Counted from the first letter of the stretch, positions 39,679 to 54,230 are shown. The stretch: 64,000 nt of DNA from Acidobacteriota bacterium (GCA_037439425.1 JBBIWA010000023.1:251-64250); one strand, 5' to 3'. Notes: generated by a model not told the origin, from the sequence alone. A program made the numbers and translations.

Positions 39679-40602
39679 ATGAGCATTATGCGTAGCGTTC
39701 TCTTAGCCAGCGCCCAGAACCAATGGTTGCGCGAGCAAGCGCCCAAATATAGCTTTGTGCGGCGCGCCGTCTCGCGCTTTATGCCCGGCGAAACCGCTGA
39801 TGATGCTCTGGCTGCGGCCAGGGAGCTGCGGAACAAAGGCATCGGAACGGTGCTGACCTGCCTGGGAGAAAACACTACTGATCCGGCTGAAGCTGGCAAC
39901 GTGACCCGCCATTATCTTGAAGTACTGGATCGCATCTCTTCACTGGAGCTACCGACTGAAATCTCTGTCAAGCTAACCCATCTCGGTTTGGACCTCGACA
40001 CAGAGTTGTGCTATTCGAATCTCAAACAGCTCATCGAGCGCGCCAAAAGCGTGGTCTGGATTGATATGGAATCAAGTGAATATGTTGACCGAACGCTCGA
40101 GCTGTACCGCCGCGCGCGCCAGGCTTATCCCAATGTCGGGCTTTGTTTGCAAGCCTATCTTTACCGGACGGCCGATGATCTGGCTTCCTTACTCCCACTT
40201 GGCCCGGCCATCCGGCTGGTCAAAGGTGCGTATCGGGAACCGCCCCATCTCGCCTTCCCGCGCAAGAAGGAAGTGGATGAGAATTTCTTCGCCCTGACCA
40301 AACAGCTTCTCAACGATGAGGCCCGGCGCGCTGGAGTGCGCGCCGCGATTGCTACTCACGACCGCCAATTAATTCGTCGAACGATAGAGTTTGCGACTGC
40401 TTCGGGATTGCCGAAAGAAAGCTACGAGTTTCAAATGCTTTACGGCATTCAACGAGCGGAGCAAGTGCGCCTGGCGCAGGAAGGTTATCGGTCCATTGTG
40501 CTGATCTCTTACGGAGCTTACTGGTTCCCCTGGTTTATGCGCCGACTCGCTGAACGTCCAGCTAACGTGTTATTCGTGCTGCGCAATTTGCTGGCGAAGT
40601 AA
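39679..40602 (+). CDS. Proline dehydrogenase family protein (PRODH TIM-barrel).
   Basis: 307 aa. LTCLGENT...KLTHLGLDL...WIDMESSEY...RLVKGAY, typical of monofunctional bacterial PRODH. Confidence 0.75.
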   Translation: MSIMRSVLLASAQNQWLREQAPKYSFVRRAVSRFMPGETADDALAAARELRNKGIGTVLTCLGENTTDPAEAGNVTRHYLEVLDRISSLELPTEISVKLTHLGLDLDTELCYSNLKQLIERAKSVVWIDMESSEYVDRTLELYRRARQAYPNVGLCLQAYLYRTADDLASLLPLGPAIRLVKGAYREPPHLAFPRKKEVDENFFALTKQLLNDEARRAGVRAAIATHDRQLIRRTIEFATASGLPKESYEFQMLYGIQRAEQVRLAQEGYRSIVLISYGAYWFPWFMRRLAERPANVLFVLRNLLAK

Positions 40603-40608
40603 ACCGCC

Positions 40609-41640
40609 ATGACTGCGACCGATTGGAATCCGCCCGAGCACTGGTTAAAAATAACCACCATTGATGCCCACACGGAAGGCGAGCCGTTGCGCGTTATCAC
40701 TGGTGGATTCCCAGAGGTGCCGGGCAACACGATGCTGGCTCGCCGCCAGTATGCGAAAGAGCATTTAGACCATCTGCGCACTGCCTTAATGTGGGAGCCG
40801 CGCGGACACGCTGATATGTACGGCTGCATCATCACACCGCCAGTCTCGCCCGAAGCAGACATCGGCGTTCTCTTTATCCACAATGAAGGCTACAGTACGA
40901 TGTGCGGCCACGGCATCATTGGTCTTGCTACTGTGGCGCTTGAGACCGGCCAGCTGCCGATGATCGAGCCTGAGACCACGATCAAAATTGATACGCCCGC
41001 TGGCCTGGTCACGGCGCGCGCCAGAATAAGCGCAGGGCACGTCAAGAGCGTTTATTTCCACAACGTGCCTTCATTTGTGCTGGCGTTAGATGAAGAAGCA
41101 GAAGTGCCAGGACTGGGTCGAGTGCGCTACGATCTGGCTTTTGGCGGAGCGTTCTACGCTTATGTTCAGGCTGCGGAGGTTGGCTTGAACTGTACGCCTG
41201 AAGATCTTCGCCAACTCATCGAGAAAGGCATGGCGATCAAACGCGCAGTGATGGCCAGCCGGCCTGTAGTTCATCCCCTTGAAACAGACTTGAGCTTTCT
41301 TTACGGCACGATCTTCATCGGGCCGCCTGAGTCCGAGGGGGTGCACAGCCGCAACGTCTGTGTCTTTGCCGAGGGAGAGGTAGATCGCTCACCGACGGGC
41401 ACGGGAGTCAGTGGACGTCTGGCGATTCACTACGCCCGAGGGGAAATCGGCCTCAATCAACCCATTGTGATCGAAAGCATCATCGGCAGTCGCTTCACCG
41501 GGCGTGTCGTTGCGGCCACCACAGTGGGCCCTCACCCTGCGATCATTGCTGAAGTCGAAGGCAGCGCTCACATAACTGGCCGCCACGAATTTCTGATAGA
41601 CCCGTCCGACGAACTGCGAAATGGGTTCTTGCTTCGCTAA
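40609..41640 (+). CDS. Proline racemase-family enzyme with a Cys/Thr catalytic pair, predicted trans-3-hydroxy-L-proline dehydratase.
   Basis: First catalytic position STMCGHG (Cys). Second position DRSPTGTGVS (Thr where racemases and epimerases have Cys). Confidence 0.7.
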   Translation: MTATDWNPPEHWLKITTIDAHTEGEPLRVITGGFPEVPGNTMLARRQYAKEHLDHLRTALMWEPRGHADMYGCIITPPVSPEADIGVLFIHNEGYSTMCGHGIIGLATVALETGQLPMIEPETTIKIDTPAGLVTARARISAGHVKSVYFHNVPSFVLALDEEAEVPGLGRVRYDLAFGGAFYAYVQAAEVGLNCTPEDLRQLIEKGMAIKRAVMASRPVVHPLETDLSFLYGTIFIGPPESEGVHSRNVCVFAEGEVDRSPTGTGVSGRLAIHYARGEIGLNQPIVIESIIGSRFTGRVVAATTVGPHPAIIAEVEGSAHITGRHEFLIDPSDELRNGFLLR

Positions 41641-42224
41641 ACAGCCTGGTGGTTTGCTTGGAGCTTCAGCGATTTGATGAGATTTTGGACCTGCTTAAAT
41701 TCAGGCTGATCTGGGCCGCACATTTCAAAAAGCGCCATCTCAATCGAGGAACCAATGGCGCCTGCGCGGATCATTTTGTTCAGACCCGCTTCGCGGTTGA
41801 GGGGGAAACGCGCCGAGATCGCATCGCTGAGCAGGTGCACTTGATAGCCCAGCCGAAGTAGGTCGTGCGCCGTTTGATTGACGCAGACGTGAGCTTCAAT
41901 GCCACACAGGATCACCTGCTCGATGTGCCGCTCGCGCAATCGCGTGTCGAACTCCTGCGCGCCGCAAGCTGAAAAGGCGATCTTGGCGATCGGCTCTGTT
42001 GCTTCAGGCAAGCACGATTTTATTTTCTCCACTGTCTGCCCAAGCCCTTGCGGATATTGTTCGGTCACGATCACCGGGATCTTGAGCAGCTTGCAGGCTT
42101 GCACCATCAAAGCGATGCGCTCGGCGACCTCGTCGAAATCGGCGATGATCTTGCGAAATGCCTCCTGCATATCAATGATGGCGAGGGCTGCGCGGTTGCG
42201 ATCGAGGAGATTAGGGTGTCTCAT
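41637..42224 (-). CDS. Isochorismatase-family cysteine hydrolase.
   Basis: ALAIIDMQEAF...IPVIVTEQYPQ...ILCGIEAHVCV. Confidence 0.8.
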   Translation of the reverse strand: MRHPNLLDRNRAALAIIDMQEAFRKIIADFDEVAERIALMVQACKLLKIPVIVTEQYPQGLGQTVEKIKSCLPEATEPIAKIAFSACGAQEFDTRLRERHIEQVILCGIEAHVCVNQTAHDLLRLGYQVHLLSDAISARFPLNREAGLNKMIRAGAIGSSIEMALFEMCGPDQPEFKQVQNLIKSLKLQANHQAV

Positions 42225-42236
42225 AGTTCCAGTCTC

Positions 42237-45626
<3,390 letters not shown>

Positions 45627-45658
45627 AGTTCTTCAACCTCTTTCGATTTTTCTCGCGG

Positions 45659-46168
45659 TCACTGTTTCATCCTGAAGCTGGCGCGTCGTGCTTTCGGTAA
45701 CATCGCAGCCGAGCGTAGCGGTGACTGCAGCTCTAGCGTCTTGCCTTCATCGCTTGCCACCGACGCTTTGCGCTGCTGCTCAAGGCGCGCCAGTTCGTAG
45801 CGCCGTTTGCGCTCCTTCATCTCTTTAAAGAAGCCGCCCCACACTAGACAGGCTACTGCGAAGATGCTAGGAATCAGCGCCAGCGTGAGATAAAGGATGA
45901 ACATAATTGGCAGTGCAGGCCTGCCCGCAGGGTGAAACAACGCGGTCACCCCGAAGATGACCAAGAGGGTTAGATAAAGGAGCGGGAGCCCCATTATCTG
46001 CCCAACCCCAAACAGCACCCATCTCTCGCGCTGCATCTGCTTTTGGCTCAACGCGGCAGCCTCGCGCGGGTTTTCCAGCGGTCGCACGTGGTCAGTGAGC
46101 TTGAGTCCGCACGATTGGCAAAATTTCTTTGGCTGTTCAGCCTGCGCACCGCATTGAGGGCAATACAT
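45659..46168 (-). CDS. Zinc-ribbon domain membrane protein (hypothetical).
   Basis: MYCPQCGAQ...CQSCG, then two TM helices. Confidence 0.45.
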   Translation of the reverse strand: MYCPQCGAQAEQPKKFCQSCGLKLTDHVRPLENPREAAALSQKQMQRERWVLFGVGQIMGLPLLYLTLLVIFGVTALFHPAGRPALPIMFILYLTLALIPSIFAVACLVWGGFFKEMKERKRRYELARLEQQRKASVASDEGKTLELQSPLRSAAMLPKARRASFRMKQ

Positions 46169-46315
46169 AGCAGTCCTCTAATGAAAATCCCGGGAGCGCA
46201 CGCCTGCCGCTGCTTTGATGAGCGACTCGACGGCCTGAGCACGCTGGAAGCGTGCGCTCCCAGGTAGGTTCCCAGGTAGGTTCCATTGCTTTCTTCCACG
46301 TCCTGATTCCTCAGT

Positions 46316-47698
46316 TCACTCTTTGAGCCGCTTCTTGACCTGAGCTGGCACGCCCACGACCAGGGAATCGGGCGGCACATCTTCGGTAACTACTGAACCG
46401 GCGCCCGTCACTGATCCACGCCCAACACGCACGGGCGCAACGAGCATAGTATCTGAGCCGATCTTGACATCGTCTTCGATGTAAGTCGGGTTTTTCTGCT
46501 TCCCGTCGTAGTTGCAGGTCACTGTGCCTGCGCCGATGTTGACGCGCTCACCAATGGTGGCATCACCCAGGTAGCTCAGGTGCATGGCTTTTGTTTTCCG
46601 TCCCAACTTTGATTTCTTGACCTCGACGAAATTACCGATCACCGCTTCTTCTGCCAGTTCGGCCTGCATCCGCAGATGCGCAAATGGGCCAACGGAATTG
46701 CGCCCTGCGAGCCTGCTACCAACCAGGAAGCAGCAATTGAGCACCTTGCAATCATCGCCAATGTCAACATCAACCAGGCGCGACCAAGAGTGGATTTCGC
46801 AATTGCGCCCGATGCGCGAAGCGCCCTCGATAATTACCTGAGGATGAATGATGCTGTCGCAGCCAATCTCAACTCCATCGTCAATGTAGGTCGAATCGGG
46901 ATCGACAATCGTCACCCCCTCGGCCATCAAGCGGTCGAGAATCTGCCGCCGCAATCGTCTCCAGGTGGCAGCCAGTTCGGCGCGCGTGTTGATGCCCAGC
47001 AGTTCTTCAGCATCCTCATGAAAAACTGTTCCAATGCCGCGCCCATCGCGCCGCAAAAGCTCAGGCACATCAGTCAGGTAGTACTCGCCCTGCGCATTGC
47101 GCGTGGTCAATCGGTCAAGAGCCGTCAGGAGCGCTGCTATCTCAAAGCAGTAGAAGCCCGGGTTGATCTCTTTGATTGCCCGTTCAGCCTCAGTCGCATC
47201 TCTCTCCTCGACGATGTGGAGGAAGTTGCCGCGCTCGTCACGCAAGATGCGGCCATACCCATACGGTTGATCAAGATGTGTGGTAATCAACGTGACGGCG
47301 TGACGGCCGTGCTTATGTTCTGCGATCAGGCGGCGGAGCGTCTCAACGCGCACCAGCGGCGCATCTCCGTAAAGCACCAGCAGCGCACCTTGCGCCCCTT
47401 TGAATGCTTCACGCGCGCTCATCACTGCGTGACCAGTACCGCGCTGTTCGGCTTGCAGAACAAAACGCAATCGCTCGGCCATCGCGGCATCGAGCGCCGC
47501 TCGCGCCGCCTCTTCCACCTTTTCGGCCTGATAGCCGACGACTACAAAAATGTTATCAGGATCAAGCTGGGCAGCCGTGCGCATCACGTGCGCGATCAGT
47601 GGGCGCCCGCCCAGTCTGTGCAGGACCTTGGCCTGTTCACTTTTCATCCGGGTGCCAAGGCCGGCGGCCAGAATCAAGACGTTGATCGGTTCTTTCAC
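46316..47698 (-). CDS. glmU: Bifunctional UDP-N-acetylglucosamine pyrophosphorylase/glucosamine-1-phosphate N-acetyltransferase.
   Basis: [14 protein letters not shown]-terminus, C-terminal left-handed beta-helix hexapeptide repeats. 460 aa. Confidence 0.9.
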   Translation of the reverse strand: MKEPINVLILAAGLGTRMKSEQAKVLHRLGGRPLIAHVMRTAAQLDPDNIFVVVGYQAEKVEEAARAALDAAMAERLRFVLQAEQRGTGHAVMSAREAFKGAQGALLVLYGDAPLVRVETLRRLIAEHKHGRHAVTLITTHLDQPYGYGRILRDERGNFLHIVEERDATEAERAIKEINPGFYCFEIAALLTALDRLTTRNAQGEYYLTDVPELLRRDGRGIGTVFHEDAEELLGINTRAELAATWRRLRRQILDRLMAEGVTIVDPDSTYIDDGVEIGCDSIIHPQVIIEGASRIGRNCEIHSWSRLVDVDIGDDCKVLNCCFLVGSRLAGRNSVGPFAHLRMQAELAEEAVIGNFVEVKKSKLGRKTKAMHLSYLGDATIGERVNIGAGTVTCNYDGKQKNPTYIEDDVKIGSDTMLVAPVRVGRGSVTGAGSVVTEDVPPDSLVVGVPAQVKKRLKE

Positions 47699-47727
47699 AG
47701 GTATGTCCTCTAGTTGGTTGGGGGCTG

Positions 47728-48831
47728 TTAGGGGATTAAGCCATGATAGATCTCAAAAATGGCACGACTCAATCGCTCTGGATTATGACGCACGGCACGC
47801 GCCTCGGAGGCGAGGGGCAAGGCAATGAATTTGACAGGTGGCGATTCTAGGCCGGGGGACTGTGGCGGATCAAGTGGAATGGCCTGCTCAGCTGCGTAAC
47901 GCTTCAGCATCTCGGGCGAGATCGGGCTGGAATTAAAGAGCGCATAGTCGAGTGATAAACCGCGCCCGTATTTCAAGACCTCTCTTACGTGGTCGACCGC
48001 AGTGAAACCATCGGTCTCATCAGCTTCAGTCATGACATTGCAGATATAAATCTTCTTAGCCCGCGACCTGGCCAGAGCCTGAGCAAGGTCCTCAATCAGG
48101 AGGTTTGAGATCACACTAGTGAAGAGCGAGCCGGGGCCAAGCGTGATCAGGTCTGCCGCTAGAATTGCTTCCACAGCTTCGGGCAGCGCGCGCACATTTG
48201 GTGGAACGAGAGATAAGTGATGGATGGGAGCACGCTGCGATTTGATTGCGACCTGTCCGCGCACAGTCTTGCCTCCAACCTGCGCCACCAGATCAACCTG
48301 CTCGAGCGTTGAAGGCAGCACCCGCGCCTGGATCCCAAGCAATTCACCTGCTTGATTGATGGCCTTGAGGAAATCTCCGCTCATCTGACTTAGCGCCAGA
48401 ATGATGAGATTGCCAAGCGAATGCCCCCCCAACTGACCACCGCCAGAGAAACGATGTCTGAAGAGGCGGGTCATCAGCCGGTCTTCACAGGCAAGCGCCA
48501 CCAGGCAATTACGAATGTCACCAGGCGGAAGAACACCGAATTCCTCACGCAGCCGTCCTGAACTCTTACCGTCATCCGTCACCGTCACAATCGCAGTCAA
48601 CGAAGCCAGTCGAGGCTCAGGCCTCAGGGCCTTAGTCTGCCCTGAGCTTGAGGTAGTGGCTGTACCTGCTCGCACTGACTCAGGCTTGAGGTATAGCCTA
48701 AGCCCTTTGAGCAAGGTCGCAAGACCAGTGCCACCACCGATGGCAACGAGCTTCAGTGAATCAGTCGCAGACATAAGACAGAGGCCGTAGGTTTCAGGCT
48801 CCGATTCATTCGATTCAACCTTCATGCCCAA
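47728..48831 (-). CDS. YvcK/CofD-like (UPF0052) gluconeogenesis factor family protein.
   Basis: [17 protein letters not shown]...ICNVMTE... Confidence 0.7.
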   Translation of the reverse strand: MGMKVESNESEPETYGLCLMSATDSLKLVAIGGGTGLATLLKGLRLYLKPESVRAGTATTSSSGQTKALRPEPRLASLTAIVTVTDDGKSSGRLREEFGVLPPGDIRNCLVALACEDRLMTRLFRHRFSGGGQLGGHSLGNLIILALSQMSGDFLKAINQAGELLGIQARVLPSTLEQVDLVAQVGGKTVRGQVAIKSQRAPIHHLSLVPPNVRALPEAVEAILAADLITLGPGSLFTSVISNLLIEDLAQALARSRAKKIYICNVMTEADETDGFTAVDHVREVLKYGRGLSLDYALFNSSPISPEMLKRYAAEQAIPLDPPQSPGLESPPVKFIALPLASEARAVRHNPERLSRAIFEIYHGLIP

Positions 48832-48866
48832 GCGCGGGCTGGAAGCTGAGCTCTGAGGTTCTAACT

Positions 48867-49229
48867 CTACGCCTGGCGTCGGGGCTTGTGTTCGCAGCCT
48901 TCGGTGTTAATACACTCATCGCGCAACATAAGCCGAGCAACGGGGATCCCCTTGATGATGTGCGATTCGATAATCTCAGCGATATCTTCGGCTTTGACTC
49001 CACCATACCAGACACCTTCAGGATAAACAACAATGTTTGGCCCATGCTCACATTGATCAAGGCAGCCAGCCTTGTTAGCCCGGACACGCTCCTTTAGACC
49101 GCGCGCAGCTAGCTCCTTCTTGAATAAAATCTGTAACGACCCAGCCCCTTCTGGGTCACAGCAGCCGCGCGGATTTCCGGGCGGGCGTTGATTGGTACAG
49201 ATAAAGATGTGACGCTCAAACTTAGCCAT
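48867..49229 (-). CDS. Thioredoxin-like [2Fe-2S] ferredoxin.
   Basis: HIFICTNQRPPGNPRGCC...CLDQCEHGPNIVVYP. 120 aa. Confidence 0.65.
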   Translation of the reverse strand: MAKFERHIFICTNQRPPGNPRGCCDPEGAGSLQILFKKELAARGLKERVRANKAGCLDQCEHGPNIVVYPEGVWYGGVKAEDIAEIIESHIIKGIPVARLMLRDECINTEGCEHKPRRQA

Positions 49230-49761
49230 TCCTGTCCTGATAAAATCTTCCTGCTAGGTGACCCGAGTTCCAACCCGCCTCAGTGTGCCTCAGCACTCTC
49301 TAGCGCGTCAAGCTAATCAGATTCGCTAAAAATTCCTCTGGCTTTTCCAGAGCCAATCTGTTATATTGTTGCACGTGTAAAACAATAAACTAACAGCGGG
49401 ATTAAAACCACCGGGCTCTGATACAGACCTGTCTCAGGACACCACAGTAGGGGGTTAGCTGGAATATCAGGCCCCCAAATTAATTATAGACGGATAGAAC
49501 GCTGATTTGGGAAACAGTTTGATTAGTCAAAAATAATGGCCTCTAAGCCAGCTTTTGAGCAGGTAAATTGCAACCAAATGGCGTAGCTATCGTTCAAGGT
49601 CATGGCTTGGGAAGCTGTCTTGATTAGAGCTTACAAGAGCGAAATTTCAGCAATTAATCGCCACAGAGCCTGTATGCGGGCTAAGTTGCTCCTTTTTGGC
49701 GGGGAGAGCTAGGTAACAACTAAGCAATCAGCGATTTATCGGGACTAAGGGGGGAATACAA

Positions 49762-50022
49762 ATGAAGATATCAAAGGAAACATTGAAACTGCTTAACAAA
49801 CTACCTAAAGACAAGCGTGAGAAGGTGGAGGCGGTGGTGCGCCGGCATGTTTCAGCTTGCCTGAAGAATGGCTTTCCGCCCGAAAACCTTGATCGGGTTT
49901 ATATCGAAGCCATTGAAATCGTTGATCTGGAAGCGCTCTATCCAGAGCCAGTAGTTGAGGAAGTGCGCGACTGGGAACCAGCTCGCCATTATGATCAGTA
50001 CGTCAGTCCCAAAGCTGCCTGA
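49762..50022 (+). CDS. Small hypothetical protein (86 aa).
   Basis: ORF with GGGGGAATACAAATG RBS context, followed by the terminator at 50056-50095. Confidence 0.35.
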   Translation: MKISKETLKLLNKLPKDKREKVEAVVRRHVSACLKNGFPPENLDRVYIEAIEIVDLEALYPEPVVEEVRDWEPARHYDQYVSPKAA

Positions 50023-50055
50023 CTCTGGAGAAGATAGAAATAAGCCTCTGAAGCT

Positions 50056-50095
50056 ATCGGGGATCCACCTTGGCGGTGTGTCCCCGATACTGTTT
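50056..50095 (+). terminator. Rho-independent terminator candidate after the 86-aa ORF.
   Basis: tcggggatccacc-ttggc-ggtgtgtccccga hairpin, followed by tactgtttt. Confidence 0.5.
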
Positions 50096-50227
50096 TAGGC
50101 CGGGTCGAAGCATTCGACAACAGCTTGCCCCTCGGCTATAATCTGCCCTTTCATCAACAACGCACTCAAAGCACTGAGCCAACTTGCTTGTACCACTGGC
50201 TTTGATTTCGAGAAGGAGTCTTATAGC

Positions 50228-52375
50228 GTGAAGAGAATCTTCGGACTGTTATCTGCTCTCATCATTTTCTTCTCTCTGTTCTTACGTCCGGCTGGTATTT
50301 TCTCCCCAGCCCTGGCACAATCCGATCAACTCTCCATCATTCAAGTAACCGAGCAACTTACCACGGACGCTTTTGTCCGCGGCATCAGCGATGACGGGAA
50401 ACGGATCGTCTTTGAGTCGTCGTCTGACCTCACGGGTAGCAATCCCGATCTCAATAACGAAATCTTCGTCTACGAAGTGGATAGTCGTACCATCATTCAG
50501 ATCACTGACACCAAGAATGTGACTGATCCGATGGACGCCAGCAAGGTTCTGATCAATGTCAGCAATCATTCTCCTGCTATCAGCGGTGATGGGACGCGCA
50601 TCGTCTTCACCTCCAATAGCGGTACGCTTACTGGAACTAAGAATGACGACGGCAATCAGGAGATTTATCTAGCTCTTCTGCCTCCCGGTGAGACAGTCGC
50701 CACCTTCGTCCGAATTACCGATACTGATGGGGTTAAGGAGATCTTTGATAACTACTCGCCGACAATCAATGTTGATGGCACGCTGGTTGGCTTCGTTTCA
50801 ACCCGCAATGTCTTTCGTGTGGAAGGGACAGTGGTCTTCACGGCCGATAACGCGGACGCCAACGGGGAGATCTTCCTTTACAACCTGACAAACGGCCAAT
50901 TCACTCAGGTCACACGGTCACTTGATCGTGATGCCACTATTGGCGTGACTGTCAAGGGCTTCAACAGCAACCCCTTCCTGAGCGGCAACGGGAGAGTGCT
51001 AGTTTTCCTTTCAGGCTTTAATTACTCCGGTACCGCCACCCCTAACAATGCTGACTTCAACGGTGAGATCTATCTCTACAACGTGGGCGCGCCGAGCAAC
51101 ACTTTTACGCAGATCACCGATACCACAGGTAACTCGGCAGTGCCTGTTGGCGGAGCCGTCAACGTGTTGAGCGCTCACTCCCGCCATCTCAATAATGCAG
51201 GCACGTTGCTCGTCTTTGAATCAAGCGGCAACTTTGCGGGTAAGAATGCTGATCAGACCAGGGAGGTCTTTCTTTACGATATCACCAACAAAATCTTCAC
51301 TCAGATTACGGACCAGACTGCCGCCGACGCTGCCAAGAGCGATTTTAACTTCTCTCCGAGCATCAATGCGGCAGGGACGTTCATCACCTTTGGTTCGGTG
51401 CTCAATCTGGTTCCTACTAATCCCAGTGATCCGAAGACGGACAACGCCGACGGCAGCCGCGAAGTCTTCCGTTACGAGATCGCCACTGCCAGCCCCCGCC
51501 AAATAACTTTTTCTCAACCTTCAGCGTTTATACTCGACCAGCGGGAGAACGTAATCTCGCCTTATATTGATACGGCTGGCAGGCAGTTTGTCTTCTCTGC
51601 TCCTTTTAATCTGGTGGGGGCCAATGCCGATCTTTCTAACGAAATATTCCGGATCGAGCTCCTCCCAGTTACCAGCACCAACGACCAAGCAGTGACGCTC
51701 ACTAACGCTGCCAGCTTCGAGACGGCTTCAATCGCTCGGGGTTCGATTGTCGCGGCTTTTGGAACGCAATTAGCTGATGCGACCGTGGGAGCGCCTGGTG
51801 GATTGGACCTGCCTTATGATTTAAGCGGTGTGCGCGTGACGGTGGATGGGGTGGCGGCACGCATTATCTTCGTCTCCCCTCTGCAGGTCAACTTCGTCTT
51901 TCCACAAGGAATTGCAGCTGCTGATGAAGTGAATTTTTCAATCAACAACAATGGCCTACTCTCGTCAGGCAAGGTCAAGGTGGTTGATGCCGCGCCCGGC
52001 ATCTTCACAGTTACCGGAGATGGCACAGGGCCAGCAGCAGCTTTGTGTGGGCGAGTCTCCGACGATGGAACGGCATTTCTCACCTCGCTGCCGCCCTGTT
52101 CAGTAGGTACGGAGATGTCTCCTCATTACCTGATTCTGTTTGGTACCGGCTGGCGCAACGCTTCAAGCACCAGTGTGACCTTCAAGGGCGAAGGAACCGA
52201 TGTGACGACTATCCCAAGCTTTGCTGGTAAGCAGCCCGACTTTTTGGGGCTGGACCAGATCAATCTCACGCTCCCTCAATCACTGGCAGGCAAAGGCACA
52301 GTTGAGTTTACTGTCAGCGCCACCAGCGGCGCGACCACTACCACAAGCAGGCCGGTGCAGATCACACTCCAGTAG
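50228..52375 (+). CDS. Secreted multi-repeat PD40/TolB-like beta-propeller protein with a C-terminal domain of unknown function.
   Basis: Signal peptide, then about 8 repeats of the form ...P(S/T)I(S/N)xDG..(I/L)(V/A)F.S...L.....D.N.EI(F/Y)LY. Confidence 0.7.
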   Translation: MKRIFGLLSALIIFFSLFLRPAGIFSPALAQSDQLSIIQVTEQLTTDAFVRGISDDGKRIVFESSSDLTGSNPDLNNEIFVYEVDSRTIIQITDTKNVTDPMDASKVLINVSNHSPAISGDGTRIVFTSNSGTLTGTKNDDGNQEIYLALLPPGETVATFVRITDTDGVKEIFDNYSPTINVDGTLVGFVSTRNVFRVEGTVVFTADNADANGEIFLYNLTNGQFTQVTRSLDRDATIGVTVKGFNSNPFLSGNGRVLVFLSGFNYSGTATPNNADFNGEIYLYNVGAPSNTFTQITDTTGNSAVPVGGAVNVLSAHSRHLNNAGTLLVFESSGNFAGKNADQTREVFLYDITNKIFTQITDQTAADAAKSDFNFSPSINAAGTFITFGSVLNLVPTNPSDPKTDNADGSREVFRYEIATASPRQITFSQPSAFILDQRENVISPYIDTAGRQFVFSAPFNLVGANADLSNEIFRIELLPVTSTNDQAVTLTNAASFETASIARGSIVAAFGTQLADATVGAPGGLDLPYDLSGVRVTVDGVAARIIFVSPLQVNFVFPQGIAAADEVNFSINNNGLLSSGKVKVVDAAPGIFTVTGDGTGPAAALCGRVSDDGTAFLTSLPPCSVGTEMSPHYLILFGTGWRNASSTSVTFKGEGTDVTTIPSFAGKQPDFLGLDQINLTLPQSLAGKGTVEFTVSATSGATTTTSRPVQITLQ

Positions 52376-52429
52376 AGCCGTGGGAGATCGGTTGCTTGAG
52401 CTCACCGCCGCCGGCATCCGGTCTCCACT

Positions 52430-52696
52430 TCAATGCATTTGCGGTGTTCGGGTAAACATCTCCACCACGTAGTCGTGCAGATAGTTGAAGAGCTGGCGCT
52501 GGAAATCCCAGTCAAACTGGCGCGTCTGCAGTTCGCGGTCAGAGACGAAGAAGTGGTATTGATGGACTGTGAGATTAAGTTCTGGTTTGAGTGAAATTGT
52601 CACCGACACGCCGCCCTCGGCTGGTTCGGCCTCGAAGTCGAAGAGCGGATGTTGATAACGCTCCAATTCTCGGCGTATCTTCTCGATGTTTTCCAT
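52430..52696 (-). CDS. Hypothetical protein (88 aa).
   Basis: ORF only. Confidence 0.25.
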   Translation of the reverse strand: MENIEKIRRELERYQHPLFDFEAEPAEGGVSVTISLKPELNLTVHQYHFFVSDRELQTRQFDWDFQRQLFNYLHDYVVEMFTRTPQMH

Positions 52697-52734
52697 TCCT
52701 CCTCCCTACTGGTCTCTTCTCTCCCTGCCACTCT

Positions 52735-54045
52735 TCATAGCAACTTCACGCGCTTGAGCTTCAACGTGATGGTGCGCTGACCGCGCTGAAGAGCGATCTC
52801 CAGTTCCGATCCTTCAGGGCCACGCAGCGCCTCGATCAGTTCGCTGAACGAATAATAGTCTATGGTGTGACCGGCAAGCTGAATGATCTCATCGCCAATC
52901 TCGATCCCTTCCTGATCGGCAGGCGAACCATTGATCACACCGGAGACATACAAACGTCCATCTCGTATCTTGGGCAAGACCCCGATGGAAGTGAACTCGT
53001 GTGGATCAACCTCGAACCTCCCGCTTCGTTCGAGCAGCAACTGCTCTCGACCATAATCAATCGTCAGGCGGAAGTGGCGCAGCACATTGGCCCCCAGCAA
53101 ACTCATCTCCGTTCCTGAAGTGAACAAGCCCTCCCGGGTTGAGACAATGACGGCCGCCGCATCAGCCAGCTTCACCCCGCCGAACTCTATCTCCCTTAAC
53201 CGATGTGGCAGGAAGGTCAGGCGGCCAATAGGCAAAAGCAGCGTGGTTGGTCGCGCTCCACTAACATCCAATCCGAGCCGTCGCGCTCGCTCGCGGCTGA
53301 AAGTGGTGAGTGCGGCTCCGGTATCAAGGATCATCTCCTCATCTTCGTTCCCATTGATCTTGGTTTGGACCACGATCCATCTGTTGCGCAGGGAAAAAGG
53401 CATGACGATGCGCTTACCTTTGAGCTCGACCCTTGGTTCGAGCACAGTCGTGCGCGAGGCCGGAACTCTACTCTCTGTCTTGCGGCCAAAGCTCACGCTC
53501 TGGCGCTGATAGTCTATCGTCGTGACGAAGCGGCGAATCACATCATAGCCCAGGATGCCGTCAACCCGGCGACCAGCGAATTCTCCAAAGGGTGCCAGAT
53601 CCAGCACATCAAGTTTAATCTTGCTGAGCTTGAGGTGAGCTTCAGCCTGGCCATTGTTCAAGAGCTGAAAATGACTGGCTTCGGCACGCAACGTGGGCAA
53701 CCTGATGCCGGCAAAGCTAACGCTTCCTGACGGAGTCAGTTCCAAACCGAGGCGCTGCGCGACCGTTACATCCACCACACTAGTCCCGGCGTTCCCCGTA
53801 TCGAAGAGAAAATCTAACGGCCCACTGCCGTTGATCTTAACCTGCACCAGGGGAAAAGCAGAGAAAAAGTTCTTGGAAAAGCGTGAGCCATCGCTTTTTA
53901 GACGCAGCGCGGTAGCCCGTGACGCCGCTGGCGGTGCGCCTTGCGTCACCGTAGCCAGCGAGTTTTTTGATTCACTGCACCCGCTGCAGAGGAGGCTCAT
54001 CCCGGTGAGAATAACTATGAAAAGAACCGATAAAGAATACCTCAT
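52735..54045 (-). CDS. Lipoprotein with two retropepsin-like aspartic-protease domains and a C-terminal PDZ domain.
   Basis: Lipobox LLCSGC, two D(T/S)G motifs (FLFDTGNAG, MILDTGAAL), C-terminal PDZ (GVINGSPADQEGIEIGDEIIQLAG). Confidence 0.7.
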   Translation of the reverse strand: MRYSLSVLFIVILTGMSLLCSGCSESKNSLATVTQGAPPAASRATALRLKSDGSRFSKNFFSAFPLVQVKINGSGPLDFLFDTGNAGTSVVDVTVAQRLGLELTPSGSVSFAGIRLPTLRAEASHFQLLNNGQAEAHLKLSKIKLDVLDLAPFGEFAGRRVDGILGYDVIRRFVTTIDYQRQSVSFGRKTESRVPASRTTVLEPRVELKGKRIVMPFSLRNRWIVVQTKINGNEDEEMILDTGAALTTFSRERARRLGLDVSGARPTTLLLPIGRLTFLPHRLREIEFGGVKLADAAAVIVSTREGLFTSGTEMSLLGANVLRHFRLTIDYGREQLLLERSGRFEVDPHEFTSIGVLPKIRDGRLYVSGVINGSPADQEGIEIGDEIIQLAGHTIDYYSFSELIEALRGPEGSELEIALQRGQRTITLKLKRVKLL

Positions 54046-54230
54046 GGTGACCGCTTATACTTCAGGGGCTGGCCCTGTTTCTGGCCAGTTTCAAGGACTT
54101 ACTCAGGTCCTCATCGGAGGGTGAGGCTCTTGACCAGTCTGCGATGACTTACTAGCCGCGCCGCGCCAGGGGGGTCTCACGCTGCGACCAAGGAAAGCCG
54201 CTTCTAGTATCGGGCCTAAAGCTACTTGCG

